64,000 bases of DNA from Candidatus Poribacteria bacterium. Lineage in GTDB: Bacteria > Poribacteria > WGA-4E > JAJDTR01. Each line of letters begins with the position of its first letter. The first letter of the stretch is position 1. Positions 61,422 through 64,000 of the stretch are shown here, piece after piece. The stretch lies in contig CBDCTK010000002.1 of the NCBI GenBank assembly GCA_965222225.1, positions 2,048,001-2,112,000 of the forward strand, given 5' to 3'. Below the pieces are notes generated by a model. The model worked only from the letters and a program-made list of their open reading frames with translations. It ran no database searches and was not told the DNA's origin. The translations under genes were made by a program, and so were the position numbers.

Positions 61422-61606
61422 AGCGGCGCGAACTCTTGAAACATCTACGACAGCATGGTTGCCAACTAGTACGAGAGGGCGCCGCGCATTCGATATGGGA
61501 AAATGCAGCCAAGACCCGACGTTCTGCCATACCCCGCCACCGAGAAATACCTGATTACACTGCTCAGCGTATCTGCAAACAACTTGATATTTCCATCGCA
61601 AGTTAG
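61418..61606 (+). CDS. hicA: HicA-family mRNA interferase toxin
   Basis: MKRRELLKHL..GC.LVREGAAHSIW...IPRHREI; ATGA overlap with hicB. Confidence 0.9.
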   Translation: MKRRELLKHLRQHGCQLVREGAAHSIWENAAKTRRSAIPRHREIPDYTAQRICKQLDISIAS

Positions 61607-61856
61607 TCTTTGTCTAGAGGTGATGGATGATTCACCAGCGTTAAGAAAACGAGTTTCCTTTGCTACGGAATAGCTCGACTATCTAGTGCAAGAACGATGT
61701 ATCACTTCGCAGAATCCTGTCAGTCATCGCCGGGTTCTAGCGTGTGATGATTTACCGCTTTGATTGTAGTTAAGTGTCTGGCAGCACAAAGTGACGGGAA
61801 TTCACTGAAGCGCTCTATTCACGTTTTCGATTCTTATATCTAAGGAGGACTTACGA

Positions 61857-62615
61857 ATGAGCACACCCGTAAGAGTAGCGATTATAACTGGAGGGGGAAG
61901 CGGAATTGGCAAGCGAACCGCTTTTGCGCTCCTGGCAGAGGGATATTCTGTTGCCATTGCCGGACGCCGCGTAGAACGTTTGCAGGAGACCGTCACGGAA
62001 GCTGGCGATGCTGGCTCGCGCATGTTGGCTGTGCCTACCGATGTAACTGATCCTGCCGCCATCCGAAATCTATTCGCAAAAACAGTCGAGGCATTTGGAC
62101 GATTGGATCTGCTCTTCAATAACGCTGGGGTGGGTGCACCAGGGGTTCCGATGGAAGAACTCACCTTGGAACAGTGGCAAACAGTCGTGGACACGAACCT
62201 GACCGCCTCCTTTCTGTGTACACAGGAAGCGATACAAATCATGAAGAATCAAAATCCGCGGGGTGGACGCATCATCAATAACGGTTCCGTATCAGCCCAT
62301 GTGCCCAGACCAAATTCGGCGCCGTATACCGCTACGAAGCATGCGCTAACGGGGCTTACCCGGTCAACCTCCCTTGATGGACGGAATTGCGATATACTGT
62401 GCGGCCAAATCGACATCGGTAACGCCTCGACCGACATGACGGCGCGATCTGACGGCGGCAGTCTCCAACCTCACGGCGCCTACATGGTCGAACCGAGAAT
62501 GGATGCGGATAACGTTGCTCGCGCTGTAGTGTACATGGCGAATCTCCCGCTAGATACGAATGTCCCTTTCATCACGGTTATGGCGAACGGGATGCCGTAT
62601 ATCGGGCGCGGCTAG
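61857..62615 (+). CDS. Short-chain dehydrogenase/reductase
   Basis: [24 protein letters not shown]. Confidence 0.9.
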   Translation: MSTPVRVAIITGGGSGIGKRTAFALLAEGYSVAIAGRRVERLQETVTEAGDAGSRMLAVPTDVTDPAAIRNLFAKTVEAFGRLDLLFNNAGVGAPGVPMEELTLEQWQTVVDTNLTASFLCTQEAIQIMKNQNPRGGRIINNGSVSAHVPRPNSAPYTATKHALTGLTRSTSLDGRNCDILCGQIDIGNASTDMTARSDGGSLQPHGAYMVEPRMDADNVARAVVYMANLPLDTNVPFITVMANGMPYIGRG

Positions 62616-62711
62616 CAATAGGCGACACATCCCCTGACGTCTGAAGAATGGCGCTTCACCGTCCGAGGTGCGCAAGTACCATAAACACGTACCCCAAAGA
62701 GGTTTTCATCA

Positions 62712-63390
62712 ATGAACGAACAAGTAGATTTCGTAACGATGTCTGACCGTTGGAAATACTTGTACGATTTGCAGGGGTTTCTAGTGGTGAAAGGCTTTCT
62801 CAGCCAAGGGGAGGTTAATGCCTAGGGAGTTAGGAACACTACGGAGCGATGCGGCAGGTGCCCGACAGAACCGTGCCGGGATTCTACGTTCAGGACGCAC
62901 GCGCGGGGTTATCACCTGGGATTCGTCGGACCTTCTGACGGGCACAACGTGGTGCCGGGACAATCGTGCATTTCGGGCGGTTACGCTCCGGCGTCGACGC
63001 GTGGCGCGATATTCGCTGTCCTCAAGGCGCGGCGGACGTATGCGACCAGCGGCACAAAGATTAAACTAAACTTCGCGATTAACGACTTCTTTATGGGGTC
63101 GATAATTACGGTGAATTAGTACACAATCGATGCGCTATTCCCGTTGAAGCTGATGGTAGCCGTGGAAGGAACCGCACCTATTGTGATAGAATCGAGGTGA
63201 CTGGGAACGGCGTCGTCAATCATACCTATGAGCACGCGTACACGGGATCGAAACCGAATCGAGCGGCATTCTACGCCGAGATTGAGAACACTGGCGTGAA
63301 CCAATCACAAACCAGCCGGTATTACTATGTTCGCGCAATTTAAACGGATGAGCACCTGCCGTGGTCAAGTCCCATTTGGATTGATTTCCG
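62712..63390 (+). pseudogene. Remnants: PhyH N-terminus (62712-62825) abutting a decayed PHP/DUF3604-like C-terminus
   Basis: KYLYDLQGFLVVKGFLS*; then GYHLGFVGPSD, LKARRTYATSG, YYYVRA, WSSPIWID with stops and frameshifts. Confidence 0.65.
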
Positions 63391-63509
63391 GATGAATGAA
63401 CGGCAGGATTTGTGATTACTTTGTTTTCAAATGACTTTCTGCTATCAACTATAATCACTATTCCCCTTTCAAGACACATTAGTTGTCTACCGCAACGTCC
63501 GGCGGCTTG

Positions 63510-64000
63510 TTAACAGTCATATCTCGGATGGGCATACTGGAGCAATGAAGTTTGCCCTTGAATGTGAAGGACTCGAACCTGCATGATTATACCGTTGTTA
63601 TCCTCAAGTTCAAAAGGATCGCCGACTTTAAAAGTGGCAGGTTGGTTCTTGCCGCCGTCAATGGCAATGTTGTCCGCGTAAATATAAGTTCGATTGCTTG
63701 TATCTAGAATAGGGTTTAGCCGCCCCTCCAATCCAGGGATATAGCCTGTCCCCATACAGATTACAGAACCCGTATTTTCACTTGAAGCCAAAGCAATTTT
63801 GATGTCTTCCACAGAGTCCCAAGCATTGATAACTACCCCAGGAAAGTCGGGATGGGCAATCAAGATTTGGTATTGGCGTCTTGTCGCGATGATAAGACGT
63901 GCAACACCTTCCTCATCCGTATTCGCTGACTTCGTTGTAGCATTGTCCGCTATGGCTACCACAGTAGCCTTGGAAATTGGACATTCGTCAGTGGAATAGA
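63510..64000 (-). CDS. Hypothetical protein, C-terminal part (start outside the window)
   Basis: Open frame to the window edge; no family recognised. Confidence 0.55.
   Translation of the reverse strand, partial: YSTDECPISKATVVAIADNATTKSANTDEEGVARLIIATRRQYQILIAHPDFPGVVINAWDSVEDIKIALASSENTGSVICMGTGYIPGLEGRLNPILDTSNRTYIYADNIAIDGGKNQPATFKVGDPFELEDNNGIIMQVRVLHIQGQTSLLQYAHPRYDC

Noticed and set aside
1-64000. CRISPR array, tRNA or rRNA genes, prophage
   Set aside because: No regularly spaced repeats, cas genes, recognisable structural RNA genes or phage genes were seen

Overview
Bacterial chromosomal window, most consistent with a sponge-symbiont Candidatus Poribacteria-type genome. This is inferred from the WD40 propeller proteins, several PhyH dioxygenases, FlgD/T9SS-like C-terminal domains and an 'AVSPQGKLATSWGKLK' tail. 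Housekeeping genes include purH, purB, hflKC, lipA, pgeF and a pgl-like lactonase. Other content: (1) a hidden UGA-recoded SelW/Rdx selenoprotein; (2) two tandem 680-aa mosaic paralogs of a GT-C-like membrane protein; (3) a T9SS-like cargo / PorV-like / large beta-barrel trio; (4) a decaying GT3 + GH13_8-type glycogen module; (5) egtD coupled to a betaine/ergothioneine-type ABC transporter; (6) a type III R-M locus broken four times (5-bp duplication, IS630, frameshift, IS701-family); (7) an oxidoreductase cluster; (8) a cobalamin-riboswitch-controlled three-gene operon encoding a BtuG/YncE-like propeller, a lipoprotein-ECF S-component fusion and a second propeller, the best candidate for an undescribed system; (9) hicB-hicA; (10) an IS1595; (11) many pseudogene remnants; and (12) a dispersed, module-shuffled GTAG-REP-like element. 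All family assignments come from motif recognition by eye; no database searches were run.
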